From assembly GCA_964016885.1 (NCBI GenBank), contig OZ024747.1, forward strand, positions 15,624,001 to 15,688,000: DNA of 64,000 nucleotides, given 5' to 3'. The notes under the pieces were generated by a model, which saw nothing but the letters and a program-made list of their open reading frames with translations, had not been told where the DNA came from and searched no databases. Each line of letters starts with the position of its first letter. Position 1 is the first letter of the stretch. Positions 12,224-27,574 of this stretch are shown here, one piece after another. The position numbers were made by a program, and so were the translations under genes. This stretch comes from Eledone cirrhosa (lineage: Eukaryota).

Positions 12224-12640
12224 CACACACACACATACACACACACACGCGCGCGTGCGCACGCGTTCACACACACATACACATATACAGACACCCATAC
12301 ACACATATACATATATACACACAAACAAACAAACACATACACATATACACGCACACACATACACACATACATATACACACACAAACACCCACACACACAC
12401 GCACACATATACAGACACACATACACACATATATACACACACACAAACACACACACGTGCACATATATACAGACACACATACATACACATACATACACAT
12501 ACACACATATACATATATACACACAAACACACACACATACACATATACACACACACACATACACACATACATATACAACCCCCCCCCACACACACCTACA
12601 CACACACGCATACATTCTCACTATCACACATACATTCATA
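12224..12640. repeat. Degenerate (CA)n/(CATA)n low-complexity tract
   Basis: Direct reading; source of the His/Thr- and Cys/Val-rich pseudo-ORFs. Confidence 0.95.
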
Positions 12641-13280
12641 CATGCTACTAGTACGGATAATGTAGCAGACTTATTTTCTACATATTTTCTGAGGGGGATT
12701 TTGTCTTTAATTTTTGTGAATACTAATGTTATTGCAATACTTATTGTTCCTATTGCTATGGTAGTTATTGTTGTTGTTTCTGTTGCTATTTTCATTAATA
12801 TTTAGTTGTTGTTTTATCATACATTTCTATTTTGTTGTTGTGTTAGTTGTACTTATTACTACTGTAGTAGCACTTGTTTTGTTGTTGGTATTGTTGTTGC
12901 TTTTACTGCAATGTTATTCATTAAGGATTTAGTTGTTGTTATAATGATACCTTTCTATCTTATTGTTCTGATAGTTGTTGTACTTATTATTACTGTAGTT
13001 GTTGCTGTTGTTGTTGGTATTGTTGTTGCTTTTACTGCTATGTTATTCATTAAGGTTTTTGTTTTTGTTGTTGTTGTTGTTATAATCATACATTTGTGCT
13101 TGAAGTTGTGGTGGTTGTCTTAATTATTATTGTAGTTATTGTTGTTTCTGCTGCTGTTGTTTCACTAACGTGTTTCTTATTGTATTTGTTTCTTTTTTGT
13201 AAGTTTTGTAAGTTCTGTTGATGTTAATATGGGGAACAATGATATGGCAAAGTTGTATTTTTTGTGTGTGCATGTATGTG

Positions 13281-13311
<31 letters not shown>

Positions 13312-13429
13312 GTGTGTGTGTGGGGGTGTGTGTGCTTTATTATTGGTATGGGTTTTGTTTTTCCTACGTGTTTTATTATTTTCATTGTTTGTTCTCCTTT
13401 GTATGTGTATGCGTGTGTGTGTATGTGAG

Positions 13430-13460
<31 letters not shown>

Positions 13461-14091
13461 CTGTGTGTGTGTGAGAGAGTATATATGTGTGTGTAAGTGT
13501 GTGCGGGTTTTGTCTTCTACTCACCCATGCCATGCATTCATCGTTTCATAGACACGTCAATGGAAAGGCCTAAGGTAGACGCAATATAAAAGACCAGAAA
13601 TACTGGCACATATTAAAACAGAAAATAAAAGAGACAAAAGACTGGGGAGAGTAAAAAGAATGAATGAATGGAAGACAGGACAAAGCCAAAAAGAAAGTAC
13701 ATTGAATGAGAGTGTGTTTAAACGCATGAGACATTTCCAATGGAATATAAAAGAGAAAATATATAGTTGGTTATGCCAGGAGCTATCAGCCATTATAATA
13801 TAGTCATTGGTTTTCAATTTTATTCCGATTTTCATGATACGTCTTTCATTGGATTGTTTGTAGGTTTTTGTTTCGTTTCTTCTGTTTTGTTATGTTTTTT
13901 GTTGTGATTTACACATATGTTATTAGTTTCGCCAATGTTGCTTTCCATTTCTTTTCTTCCTCTGTCTTCTTATATTATTTCATTTAACCTTTTCTTCCTA
14001 TGTCTTTATTTCGTTTCCACTGTCCCTCCTCAAATTTTCATGAAACATCTTTTTTTTTCTTTTATAATCGTTGTCCTCTTTTAAAGCAATA

Positions 14092-14092
14092 G

Positions 14093-14125
<33 letters not shown>

Positions 14126-14182
14126 TTACTACTACTACTACTACTGCTACTGCTGCTGCTGCTGCTGCTGTTGCTACTGCTA

Positions 14183-14214
<32 letters not shown>

Positions 14215-14235
14215 ACTACTAACTACTGCTGCTGT

Positions 14236-14275
<40 letters not shown>

Positions 14276-14298
14276 GATGCTGCTGCTACTACTACCAT

Positions 14299-14351
<53 letters not shown>
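14092..14351. repeat. (ACT)n/(GCT)n trinucleotide tract; similar tracts at 17958-18040, 50827-51000, 53647-53990
   Basis: Direct reading. Confidence 0.95.
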
Positions 14352-14811
14352 ATCTCTGTCATAGCCACCACAAACCTAATCATCATTTTCATCCAGAACA
14401 AATATTATCGTTGTTCTATATTTGTTTTATTGTTGACTAATATAGCTGGTTAAGACTATAGTGATACCGTGATTTTTGGAACGAGTTAGTGCGGTGCTTT
14501 TAATACATATAAGTATTTAGTTTTCTGAAATCTAAGTAAGGTATACCTGTTATATAATTAAAACTGTTGAAATATCGATCTCTCTCCAATAGGTTCATGC
14601 TTGAGCTTGTGTCAACGGAGACTTCCGATGTTCTTGGTCCCTGGACCTACTTACTACTATGGTGGTGGGGTTGGTTACCCGCTGTAACGAGCCCTGCGAT
14701 CTAGATTGGCTGTTCGAATGTATTCGCCTCGCCATTTTCCGAGATAACGTTTTCTCCATTCTGTAAGTTGGCATCACGAAGAGGATGAACCCTTAAATAT
14801 GAATAAACTTG

Positions 14812-14957
14812 TCTCTATGCAGAGATTTTGTTCCATCCTTTATGGTCTGAGTTTAAATCCCGCCGAGGTTAACTTTGCTTTTCATCCTTACGGGGTCGAT
14901 AAAATAAAGTACCAGTGATACTCTGTTATAATTGTGTCAAAAATAGAAACAATTATT
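14812..14957 (+). mobile_element. tRNA-derived SINE, partial
   Basis: TCTGAGTTTAAATCCCGCCGAGGTTAACTTTGCTTTTCATCCTTACGGGGTCGATAAAATAAAGTACCAG..TAGAAACAATTATT. Confidence 0.8.
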
Positions 14958-17750
14958 TATATATAAGGTAGTTTAAATGGATGGTTCTCGGTAAATTTGC
15001 ATACCTAATAATGTTTCCTGGTTGCAGTGATGACACTGCAAATAATTCAATACTTATTTACAAATGATACGCATATTATAATTTGAAATAACCGACACTA
15101 TATGAATTTATATACTTATAATATTTATTGCGTTGCAGTGGTTGGAGCGTGGACATATTGATGCTTGATAAATATGTTGACATATAGTAGAGTTGGATAT
15201 GAATAAAAAATAAATACCAATAATATACTAATGTCAATATAATGCTATGTGCCTCAGTATTATAATAAGTTCGTAATGTCCCCACACGTGGTAACAGGCG
15301 TCTAAATAAGATGAAAGACATTGTCTGGAAAAGGACCCCGGGATGAGTATGAATCACGTCATGAGACTTGCCATGCTACCTGTTGTTTTCTAAGGAGGAT
15401 TGCCCTAAAATACAGGTTGTATACTGGTGTAATGTTAGTCAGCAACATTCTTTGTATTCTTTAGCGATTGGCAAGAAGGGTGTTTCTTAAACGGTCGGGT
15501 GACTAAAAATAACACAGAAGTATGTAATTTAAAAATGTCTATTATATATAGTCAAAAGATACAAAATGGGCTTGATGCAAGTCATGTGTGTGTGCATAGG
15601 ATAATGTACAGCATATCTTTTGATTTGCAAGTAATTAAAGCAGATATAAACAAGATCCATTTAATCATTATAATTAAGTTAGGTTTTTTCGAGATTTATT
15701 TCGTTGTTAAACATCTAGACCATTTCTTCGCGCAAAATGTATTATTAATAAATATTGTATTAGGCTAACAACTCTAAGGACAACATTATAAAACACGTCA
15801 TTAGGTTATATATGTCGCAGACAATCTTGCACTTTGGAATAGGAAACAATCTTTCTTAGATTGCTACATGAGATGAAGAGCTTTGTATAAGAACGTTGTC
15901 TTTCATATAAGAACTTTGTCTTTCATTTGTTTCACATCAAAAATCTTGAACAAAGCATAAATAAATGTCATTTCAAGGCTTATACCGTATCTATAAATAT
16001 TATACAAAAGATACAACAAAATCTATATCTATAATTATAAACAGCTTACTGATAAACAGTAAAATTTTAAAATTATAGGCTTCCACTTAGTCTCTAATGG
16101 TGTTAGTGATGATGACCATACAATTATAACAATAAAATCTGCTTGGGAAAACTAAATCTTCATTCAAATATTTAAGATACCTACGAACCAGAGACGCCTT
16201 TGACCATATGCAAATCAAGACTGTAACCGCAATTATGGTAATGTTGATATACTGATATATGATATATGATATATGTGAAGTAGTATGACTACTACACCCA
16301 AATATTCTAAACCAAGTAGGTTAACACGTGGCAATATGAAGATCCGTCACACACCAAAACACTACAACCACTGAAACACCAACGTATCGTCTACTGTTTG
16401 TGATTCCTACCAGAATTAGAAACAGTACTTGATTGGTACTACAATCTTTCAACACTTAAATGTTGCATTGGTAGTAAAGTATACTGGAGTGTAATACACC
16501 GACACGGTAAGAATTCTATTGCGTATTTTGCTCAAATTTTGCAACACACTCTGTTGAATTTCTCTATTGCGATCACCACAAAACCAGCTTTAAATCATCA
16601 TTCATTCATTATTCACCACCCCTGCCATGTTTAACTCCTATGTTGTTGACTGCTATGACAATATTGTTGCATGAATTATAGTTTTAAGGAGATGGGAGAA
16701 ATACTACTGATATCTAGTAATGAGAGAATATCAAAGTGTTTTCATATTTCACTATTCACTTCAATCATTCTAAGAAAGTCTAAAACATATTACATTATTT
16801 CTTGTTTAATTTTTCTTTTTACATTGCATTATTTTAAAACTTGGTAATTGCTGGCCTTATGCCAGCAATTACCCAGTACATTATTTTAAAACTTTCTATT
16901 TTTTCGGATAAACAGTGAAATGCCGGCGTCGTTGGAACATCAGATAGAATGATGTTCGGTATTCCTTCTGGCTTTCTGTTCTGTGCTCAAATCCAGCCTA
17001 TATCAATGATACATGCCATCTTTTGTAGGTTGATAGAACATTTATTCAGTAATTTCCTCCGGTTCATATGCAGTCAATATTGATATTGTTCCTAATGAGA
17101 ATATCAAAACTGTATTCTATTACTGCAACATCTACAGATATTATGTATTGTTATAATTTCAATATTCATTAATTTAATGCATTAAATCTTACTATTGTGT
17201 GTGTCGTGTTCTGCCTAGTTAATGAATTTTGAACTATTTGTGATTCTTATCAATATGTCTTTGACTAACATGATATCTAACGTGTTTATTATTTTTTTTT
17301 CTGTTTTAGATAACACGCTGTGATTTCTTAGATATTTAGTTGTTATTTCTAGCAGGTCAAAACACAATTTAGAATCTTCTTTAGCAACACTTATCAACAC
17401 CAATAGGATGTCAATGCTGGCTAAACTTACCTCTCAAAATTGTATTTTGTTCATCTATGTTCAGATATGAGACCCCTCAACTAAAATGAAATAATTACGC
17501 ACTAGCATTCAAAACCGTCTCATTCAACTGGCTCTTTATTTCGCGCCTAAAACTGGAGAGTTCATTAAATTGATATATGTCATTTCTTCGAGTTAGTGTA
17601 TTTCTTTCAGATTCTCCGAGTACCTATATTTTCATCACGTGTACTACTTTGCTTTTAATTGTCTTCAATCGTTTAATCTTTTTAATATAATTTTATCACT
17701 TGTAGGAGGGTCAGATACAATTATAGCCATAACACTAGTACTATAAGCTA

Positions 17751-17932
17751 CAATTGTTTCTACTTTTGGCACAAGGCCAGCAATTATCCAGTACATTACT
17801 GGTACTTTATTTTATCAACCCCGTATGGATGAAAGGCAAAGTTAACCTTGGCGGGATTTGAACTTAGACTATAAAGGGCCGTAACTCTATGCTTCAAAGC
17901 ATGGCGTCCTACCCTCTACCGATACTGCCAAT
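17751..17932 (-). mobile_element. tRNA-derived SINE
   Basis: Near full-length reverse-complement match to 29670-29849. Confidence 0.9.
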
Positions 17933-17986
17933 ATAATGGGACCAGATATGGAAGGGCAGCAACAGCAACAGCAACAGCAGCAGCGT

Positions 17987-18040
<54 letters not shown>

Positions 18041-20414
18041 GGGATTTAAATTGAGATATAGATAGTGGGTGGGTAGACAGAAAGATTAAAATTAGACAGA
18101 AATAATGGAATATGATTACACTGAATAGAAAGAGATATTGAAAGGAGTGAAAGCTCCGATCTCTAATGCAGATATTCCACTACAATTCAAATATTTCTTT
18201 TATTTTATTTTCATAAATATTTCGATTATAAAGAAACGCTAACGTTTGATAGTTCTTTTGTTTGGCTAAAGCAAAAAATCAAATGCAATTGAATGCAAAA
18301 TGCTATCCAGCAAAATGGATTCCAGTGTGCAAACTTCTTTAATACCCACATTTTCTTTGCCATTTGTTTTGATGTTTTATCATATTTTTTTCATTTATAA
18401 ACCACGTTACTTTATGCTGTTCATTGTTAGATAAATCTCCTATTGTTCTTCACATTGGTCGTTCGCACGTAACTCCCCCAGCCAAAGAACTGCAAGAGAT
18501 GCCCGCGTTCAAACATGCACGTAGTTTCTGTGTAAATTCACTCAGTTATTTATAGTTACTATAAATACAAAACGTGAATGGATGAAATAAAAAAGAAATG
18601 TTATATTTGAAAGATAGTCATTATAATTAATCAAAAAAGACGTTAGAAATCAATACGAGAGGAAAAAATTTAGACGTGTTGAAAATCAATAATATCTAAG
18701 AAGAGCATACACTTTATATTGTGGAAAACACAAAATAGGAAACAAAGAAGTATCTGTGTGAGATTTGGGCAAAAATGGCTTAATATTTAATGCTTGAAAT
18801 ATAATGTATACACGTAAAGATTAATAACAATGCCTAGAGAACATTTGAAAATATTAATATATTAAATATATTGATATATTAATTATTTAAATGTAATTAA
18901 TGTTCCATAGAATTTCAACATGTATTGTAATACGCTATTCTAGATTTTGTCGATAGAATGTACGTTTATAGCAAAAAGATATTTGTATGTTTTAGGAAAA
19001 AAATGTCTCAGATAGTTCTTCAGGACAATATAGGTATTATCGAGAACGGAGACCCAATAGACAGGGGTGCGGAAAGGGCTCGAGAATCTTGATACCTTAT
19101 TAACAAATCTACAATAGTGCATTACAAAAGATAGAGTACATTCTTTGAAAGACATTCAGAGGTTTCCAAGATATTTGAAGAAAAGAATGCACAGGAGACA
19201 TTGGTTAATCAAAACTCTCACAAAAAGAACTTCAGTGGTGTGTAACACTTATCAGTCTATCAAAGCATCCGTATTTGGTATATATTGGGTAATAGTGTAA
19301 GTTTCCTATCATACCGGAAATTTATAATCTGTCGTATGATATTTCTTTGAGGTTTTCTAGTACCCAATCGTTTTCGAACCATATCTGGAAAAACACATCG
19401 GCATCTATATTTTGTTAGGCCTACCTATCAAATTTGGCCTATTGCTGATGGGGCAGACTACATAATTTGAATTCAGAAGGCAAAGACCCAGGACAGATAC
19501 AAACAAATCATCTCATCCGTCGCTCTAACAATTCCACTAATCTTACGATCGGGTGTCGTACATCTTAAGCATTAAGTCTAGGTTATCACCTCTTTATTTA
19601 ACCAGGGTTAAATACAACATATAAAAAAGTAAGTTGCATTGTATATATATATTTTGTAATACAATCTATCCGTCTAGTACGCAATGAAGGAAAATATTTC
19701 TGAATGTATGAATTCTCAAATAACTCCTGTGGATAGTGATCCGGTGATTCCAATTGCACCTCTTTCAAATTCACATTACTTAAAGAGGCTTTCCTTGTTC
19801 TAACCTATGGATTTATGGCCAATTCTCTTTATAGGCTGAGATAACAAGGGCACTTAAGCTAAATAATTAGTAGAAAGCTTCCACCCATCGCCTTGCAATA
19901 TTATTTGCTTTTGTAAAGACATTCACCACAATAGGTGTCTGATGAATCGTTCGATGTTTGTGCGAGGAAAGTGGCAGCAACCATAGCGCCAGTTTCATTC
20001 GACCAAATTAAATTATCCATAAGTTATTGTGTAATTTTTCTTTCATTCGTCACTACAAAAATATAAATATAGAAACATACATATAGAAACATACATATGT
20101 ATACGCACACACACACACACACATACACACACAAACACACACACGCAGACACAAACACACACCCACGCACACACACATACTCACACACACATATATATAT
20201 ATATATATATGTGTATGTTTGCGTGTGTGTGTATGTTTTAAAAGATAATTATAATCTACAACATGCATTGGATAATTTCCCTCCTGTTCCTAACAAAGTC
20301 AAAGCGAATATGTACACACATACAAACTTACTTATACACAACTATATATGTACATATATATATATTTACATACACACACATACATACATACATGCATACA
20401 TACATACATGAATC

Positions 20415-20462
<48 letters not shown>

Positions 20463-20849
20463 GATAATTACATTCACGCATATATATAAATATACATATA
20501 TTTCTTCATGTGTAATTACACCCACGAAGATAATCATTCAACTCTACATAGTGTGTATACTTGTATTCATATCAGATAAACATGAGAAATATTAAATTAT
20601 AGACAAAGACTGACAGAAAGGCAAACAAGATTTGTGTTAGTTTGCATCATTTCCGAATCAAAAAGCTCTGAATTGATTTTCCCATCCAATCATTGATATC
20701 AATAATGTTTATTATAGTTTCACTAATTGATCATAAACGTTGCATCTCATTTAATTTTACTTTATATGCAATGACAATTCAGGAATAAATTAATTCTTTG
20801 TTATTTTTACATTTGGCTCTTAACGAATCTTTCAGTCTTTTGAGGTGTA

Positions 20850-20902
20850 TAATAATAATATAATGATAATTGTGATAATTGACATTATAGCAATGATGAT
20901 GG

Positions 20903-20941
<39 letters not shown>

Positions 20942-21140
20942 GGTTGAGGATGAGGATGATGATGATGATGATGAGGGTGATGATGACGATGATGAGTACA
21001 ACAATAAGGACGATGACAACAACAACAACAATACAATAAAAACATCAACAACAACAAATATAATAATGATGATGATGATAATAATAATAATATTAATAAT
21101 AATAATAATAATAACAATAATAACAACAATACTAATAATC
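20850..21140. repeat. (ATG)n/(AAT)n/(AAC)n trinucleotide tract; similar tracts at 28345-28420 and 54670-54826
   Basis: Direct reading. Confidence 0.95.
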
Positions 21141-22776
21141 GATTAATAATACGTGCTGATTTCTCTATACTCTTTAATTAAAGCCGTTTAATGAATAGTG
21201 GAGAATATATTTATAATTGCTGAATGCCTCCTGTGTAAAATTATTTGCGAAATATATTAAATCTCACGTGATTGCAAACAAATGACTTTTATCATAAACA
21301 TATATGATTGAAAATTGAAAATAAAATAATAAAATAATAGATTATCAATTTGAAATTGAAGTATAAGGCCAATTGTTAGAGTATAGGTTTGAAAATTGTT
21401 GTGAGTATTTTCATATTTTAATATTACGAATATTATCGACAATGTATCAGTTCAAAGCTGCACTCAGAGGAACTTAAACTGAATAATCCTAACTCTTTAC
21501 TATTGTATATGCGGTCAGTAAATTGCCAGATTCATTAGAATATTAAATACAATGCCTCATGCTCTTTGTTCCTACTCACAGCGCTCTTAGTTCAAATTCA
21601 ACCTTACATTCATCCTTGGTCAATCTAATAAATTATCGGTCAGTGTCGGTAGGTTGATGGTTGGGTTAAATATGTGATGGTATGATAAGATGCCTTAAAG
21701 CATCTTCTAAATCCAGATTATGCCTAGGGATAATAACACACCGATGGACATGAATAATTAGCAGCATTACGGGTCTATAACTGATTATAAATACTCTCAT
21801 GGGAGGATAACTGTGGCCATGTACTAATGCAGTCGAGCGATGATGTTGATGATTGTTGTCTATTTTCTAAGGGAGACAACTTTTCGATCCTTTTAGCAGA
21901 ATCTATTTTGTTACAAGCACTCGCACACTGTCCCTATGAGCCATGAATATTGCTTTCATTTATAAAATTATATAGTGATTTAAGTCCGGGTTGAAGACGC
22001 TGGCTTACTTGGCTCAAGGTGACAGTATCTGGTATGATACACCTTTCTGGTTTTCACATCTTCAGCTACGGTTCAATGGCCTCACTGGTTTCTGAGAAAT
22101 ATATTAAAGCATATACCTCATGAGAAATAGGGCGTAAAGCGCCTAGTGTGTTCGGGTTTTGAACTTGACATTATTCCAGAAGCTCTAGTTGCGAGATTGT
22201 TTCAAAATTAACGGCACTTATTTGGACCACACAAATGAAATAGATATGATGAATCTGATGTCTAGTAACCCATGATTTGTATATACCTAGCTCAGGCTAT
22301 CATACTGATGGAGTCACTTCAGTTACTGAACAGTGGCACACATTCAACGTTTCTAGATACAGAGGGTTTTGTCATACAAACATAGTTATGCCAACTTTCT
22401 TCGTCATTTTTCAGAGTTGGAGAGTGGGTTTATAACATTGAGCACACTCTCCTATTCAGAGAGAAATATAAGAGGACACTCCACAATTTAATGGTCTGTA
22501 GATAGTTTTTTATGTTAGTATGTCTATTAAAATCTAGTATTATTCGAAATATCTTCCTGATACAATTAAACAAGGGATTAAAATATATACACCTTGTTTG
22601 TAAGTATGTGCAGCAAGCTACGTTTATCATACCACTGAAATCAGCCAAAATGTGGTTTCTTAGCTATCTATATTAGAAATAGAACAATCTTAATCTTGAT
22701 AAATGTATGAGGTTAAGTGAGTCATAGTGCACAAAAAAGAAGATTAAACACAACAGTGATCCCTGTTAGGTTACCC

Positions 22777-22859
<83 letters not shown>

Positions 22860-22970
22860 TATCATAACATATATAATATGTATGATGCTTAAGTTTCTGA
22901 GTAGAAAATGTCAATCGACATTTGCCCAGCGCATCAATAATTCAAATTAAAATACATATATATATATATA

Positions 22971-23397
22971 TACGATATTAATAAATGGAAACTATATTTA
23001 TAAAACCATATTTATTTCATTATACATATTTCAGGGATACCATATTAAATTATGGTATGCCTTCATCAGATAAAATACAATATATAACAGTTTTACAAAT
23101 AGCTTTGACGTACCCTTTTAAAATACAACCATTACAGCCTCCAAAAGTAATGGTTGTATTTTAAAAGGGTACGTCAAAGCTATTTGTAAAACTGTTATAT
23201 ATTGTATTTTGTCTGATGAAGGCATACCATAATTTAATATGGTATCCCTGAAATATGTATAATGAAATAAATATGGTTTTATAAATATAGTTTCCATTTA
23301 TTAATATCGTATATCTACTCCCAAAACTTGTCGAGTGCTTTATATCAGTTATAAAAATATTTACTTGTTGTATCCCAACAACTTTAAATAGAACTTT

Positions 23398-23400
<3 letters not shown>
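22971..23400 (+). mobile_element. Hairpin-plus-tail element, family A copy 2
   Basis: Near-perfect 165-bp arms (22971-23135 / 23147-23311), 11-nt loop, 89-nt tail ending TTTTGC, (TA)n on both sides. Confidence 0.9.
23205..23269 (+). ncRNA. Type I hammerhead ribozyme (family A); mirrored in the left arm
   Basis: TATTTTGT-CTGATGA-AGGCATACCAT aatttaat ATGGTATCCCT-GAAA-TATGTA-TA-ATGAAATA. Predicted cleavage after AUA at 23261. Confidence 0.8.
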
Positions 23401-23442
<42 letters not shown>

Positions 23443-23447
<5 letters not shown>

Positions 23448-23519
23448 GTCCGCCCCAAAATATATATACATTTTGATTAGAATACTGTTGAAATATGTTT
23501 ACTTTTTGCGGGACACCCT
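23443..23519. mobile_element. Tiny Tc1/mariner-like MITE
   Basis: Termini AGGGTGTCC..CAAAA / TTTTG..GGACACCCT in a TA context; resembles the CAGGGTGTCC ends of mariner-type elements. Confidence 0.55.
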
Positions 23520-23649
23520 TTATATATGTATTTTAATTTGAATTATTGATGCCCTGGGCCAATGTCCATTGACATTTTCTACTCAGAAACTTAAGCATCA
23601 TACATATTATATATGTTATGATAGTTTAAATTAGTATATATATGTAAAA

Positions 23650-23686
<37 letters not shown>

Positions 23687-24326
23687 AGTTTGTCTATGTC
23701 TGTGTATATGTATGTATGTACTTATGTACGCATTACCTTTTCCTTATAGAAATTCTGTTTACATCTTTCTGTACATAGAGCTGCCCCAAAATGTGTATAT
23801 ATTTTCTGTTGTGCCTGTATATAAAGAACGGTTATGCGTGTGTGTTTCTGAGATATGTATTTAGTATTTTAAAACATATGTAGATGATTATTCTATCAGT
23901 GAATGAATATAAAACGGAGCGGTGTTATATTTGTTGTTATAGGAAAACAAAAGCAGATTTATTGATGGTAATACACAACAGGTGGTATATCAATCATTTA
24001 GTCACGGAAGAGACATTGAATTCCTTGTCTTAACGGGAACTGCCTGAGGGTTTGCGTAACAAATATCACGTATTAATCGGTTATATGTTAGTTCTGTTTC
24101 TATATGCAAAATAGTCTTTTATAGGTTTTCAATTACATCTATCTTTACGATTGCTTATATGTATTAAGTAATTTTCAGGTGTTATTGTATATTGTATGCA
24201 TACGTGAGTCAGTGTATCACGGCATGATACCTTTGAAGAATGAGCGATAAGAAAGAAGTCACTAGCAAATGTTATTGATGTAGAAAGATATAAAGGACAA
24301 TAAAATAGAAACATTTACAGCTTCAT

Positions 24327-24384
<58 letters not shown>

Positions 24385-24391
24385 CATATAT

Positions 24392-24451
<60 letters not shown>

Positions 24452-24494
24452 GTATATATGTATATATATACATATGTATATATATATATGTATG

Positions 24495-24615
<121 letters not shown>

Positions 24616-24629
24616 TATATATTATATAT

Positions 24630-24743
<114 letters not shown>

Positions 24744-25064
24744 ATCTATGCATCTATGAATTTTATTAATGTTTCCATATTTAGTTTTATTTAAATAAAA
24801 ATATTCGTGTGGTAGAGTATATTTTCTATATCATACCCTATCTAGGTCTCGTTTAATATGTATCACACATCCTCTCCTTGCTGGGCTTTTGGAAATATGC
24901 TTCACAGAATGAGTCTGAATTATTTCTTTACATAAACAAAAGTATCTGAAGAATATTGAACACTGAATAAAATTAAGACTGGACATATTTTTATGTAATT
25001 TCGAACAAAACATATATTGTATTTTGGTTTTGTATGTAGTGCAAAGTGGCATGTTTACCAGACA

Positions 25065-25360
25065 GGAGCATTGAATGGAGACAGTGTGCAAACGTTGGGA
25101 AGGAATGAAGCGCGCATTTTGTGTTGGCTGTGTAATGGTAATGTGCATGAACGACGAAGAACTGGACATTAAATGAAGATTCCACAAGTAAACACATATG
25201 TTTTGGATTATGAAAGTTTGGAAAACAAGTGCCATGACTTCCAAATTGAAGAATGTCAGAGGAAAGACCATGGAAAACATCAAAATGTTGGTGATAGCTC
25301 AGCACATGATGCGATGGTTAAGGAAAATATGTCAAAGGGAAGCAAATGGAGGAGAAAGGC
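25065..25360 (+). pseudogene. Decayed RTE-clade LINE ORF C-terminal fragment
   Basis: Frameshifted translation gives TLGRNEARILCWLCNGNVHERR ... LDYESLENKCHDFQIEE ... RPWKT, resembling the RTE pattern LERNEASMLRWMCNV...VKKC..L.VEG..GRGRPRKTW. Confidence 0.6.
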
Positions 25361-25917
25361 TGATTTGGATGACGATGAGAATATGTAACATGGAACAACC
25401 ACTGTGAAAGGCAAGTGCAGGTGCATTTATCAAAGCATTCTATACTCGTAGAAACCAGAGGATCTCTTGGTCTGGAACAGACGGTGCATATTTACCATGA
25501 TTCTCGTGAAACCACCGCCATTACGAATAACCTATTGTGTGTACAGCTGTGCATGGCCCTACGTTCCAATCTTGTTTCATTGAGTGATTAATGTGAGCAA
25601 CCTGACATAATGAATGTTCTTACTATGATTCCATATATCTATACATATATTTATAATAGTACACAAACACACATATGGCCACACAACACACACTCGCTCA
25701 ATTACACACGGACACTCAGACACACATATACAGACACAGACACACACATATATATATATACACACACAATGTGCAGCAAATGGGACGAAATAATGAAGCC
25801 CAACGTATTAACCAAGAAGAGAAACGATGCACAGAATGTAAAGTGAGAAAGAATCATCGTTCGTTTGGACGGAATATTTATATAACCAGACTCAACACGG
25901 AAAGGGCAGAGTAAGAG

Positions 25918-25955
<38 letters not shown>

Positions 25956-27574
25956 TGTGTGTGTGTGTGTGGTGTGTGTGTGTGTGGGGGGGGTATGTGT
26001 ACTCGAGAAAAAGAAAGAGAGAAGAGAACATGGGGCACAGGCGGAAGCTGAGTGTTCGTTTAGACGTTTAGAGAGGCAGAAAGATCAGTGAGAAAAGGAA
26101 AGAGGGCAAATGACAGAGTTCGTTAGTGGTGTAAAGTGTAAATATATATCAATTTCAAAAAGTTACCTGCACGGATAATACACACACACGCACACGCACG
26201 CACACACACACACACATTATATATATATATATATAACAATCGAATAGTAATTTATAGAGCTACGTCCAATACTATATACAATGTTAAATTGTATATGTTG
26301 TAATCAAATGAACAGTAGTGTTGAATAAAGCATGTCTGGATGTTATCTTAAGTTTCTGACATTAAATTATCTAAGAGATTTAGCCCGAAGTTTGTGCTCA
26401 GTTACCTATCTAGAAATAATTTCTTGAATATAACTAGGAAAATAACCACTATAATTGTGATTCCCTGTCATAATTTTAAATGAAAAAAATAATAGAGAAA
26501 ATTTGTGACTGGGTGCAGTTCTTTCATATGAAATGTTAATATTCTGCAAAGATTTCATAAACATTATGATTAAGAATATTACTGCATATTTTCATAAAGA
26601 AAGGAAATAAAGAGTAGGCTTCCCTGCCTTTAGGATGTTGTTTAATACAGATTACTTACAATGTTTGCAATTATGGATATTCTCACTATTCTTTTCACTC
26701 TTTATCTCTCGCTCTCTCACACACACAAACTCTGTCTTTATCTCTTTCTCTAGCTTGAAACATTTTGTGCTTCTTAAAAAAATAATAAATGAAAATTATA
26801 ATAAAAATAAAATTGTTCACAACTATATTATATCCATTACAAAGAGCCATGTAATGGAAACAGGGATTCGATGTACCTTAGGAAATTGAAGCAATAAACA
26901 AATGAAGAATATTAAAATTGCTGGGGTAGATTTTGAAATTGGGAATAGTTCGAAAGTGCTGCGGGTAGAAAAGTTTCAGAAAGGTATGGATAATTGAGAT
27001 TAGATTGAAATTAATGCCCCGCATAGATAAAAAAGCGAAGATCTAAACATTAACACAAAAATACAGTTCTATAAAATATAGTAGCAATCCTTTAACAAAA
27101 AGTGTAAAAATACATATTTAATCCAAATAAACTCTCATGCTCAGGTATTTTATAATATAACTACACAGCAGAGCATCGGTCAGATGCTTGCCAAGAAATT
27201 CCACACCAGGGTCTCAAAGATTAGCGTGAAAAATCATACTGAGTTACTGCAATAAAACCTGCTATTAGGAACAGGGAATTTTGAGAAGGGTCCCAAAAAT
27301 GTGGAAGGGTTATATGAAGGACTCTGGAACATTTTTTATAACCGGCTATTGTTTATAAACTTTGACGAAGTAAGATTTGTCAGAGTTCAAAGAAATAATT
27401 ATTTCTAGATTTGGTCCAACGCTAGGAATGTGAAAGGAAAAGGAAAGTTAATTAAATCGATCCCAGTACGTTACAGGTAATTTATTTTATTGAACCTCCA
27501 AAGGTGAAAGCAAAGCAAACCTCGGCATGATTTGAATGTGAAGAGACAATGTTGCCAGACGCTCATTACCCTCT

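Larger units (their letters stand above)
22856..23627. repeat. Outer inverted repeat (~105-bp arms: 22856-22960 and 23523-23627) enclosing a family A element and a MITE
   Basis: AAACTATCATAACATATATAATATGTATGATGCTTAAGTTTCTGAGTAGAAAATGTCAAT... is matched in reverse complement with ~3 mismatches. Confidence 0.9.

Noticed and set aside
3267-23596. Shared 15-mer CTCAGAAACTTAAGC at ~3267 and ~23582 as a possible ribozyme half
   Set aside because: No proper CUGANGA/stem I context, no UH triplet and no flanking similarity; a chance match is plausible.
24831-25283. 150-aa minus-strand ORF
   Set aside because: Antisense to a decayed RTE fragment; no recognisable domain.
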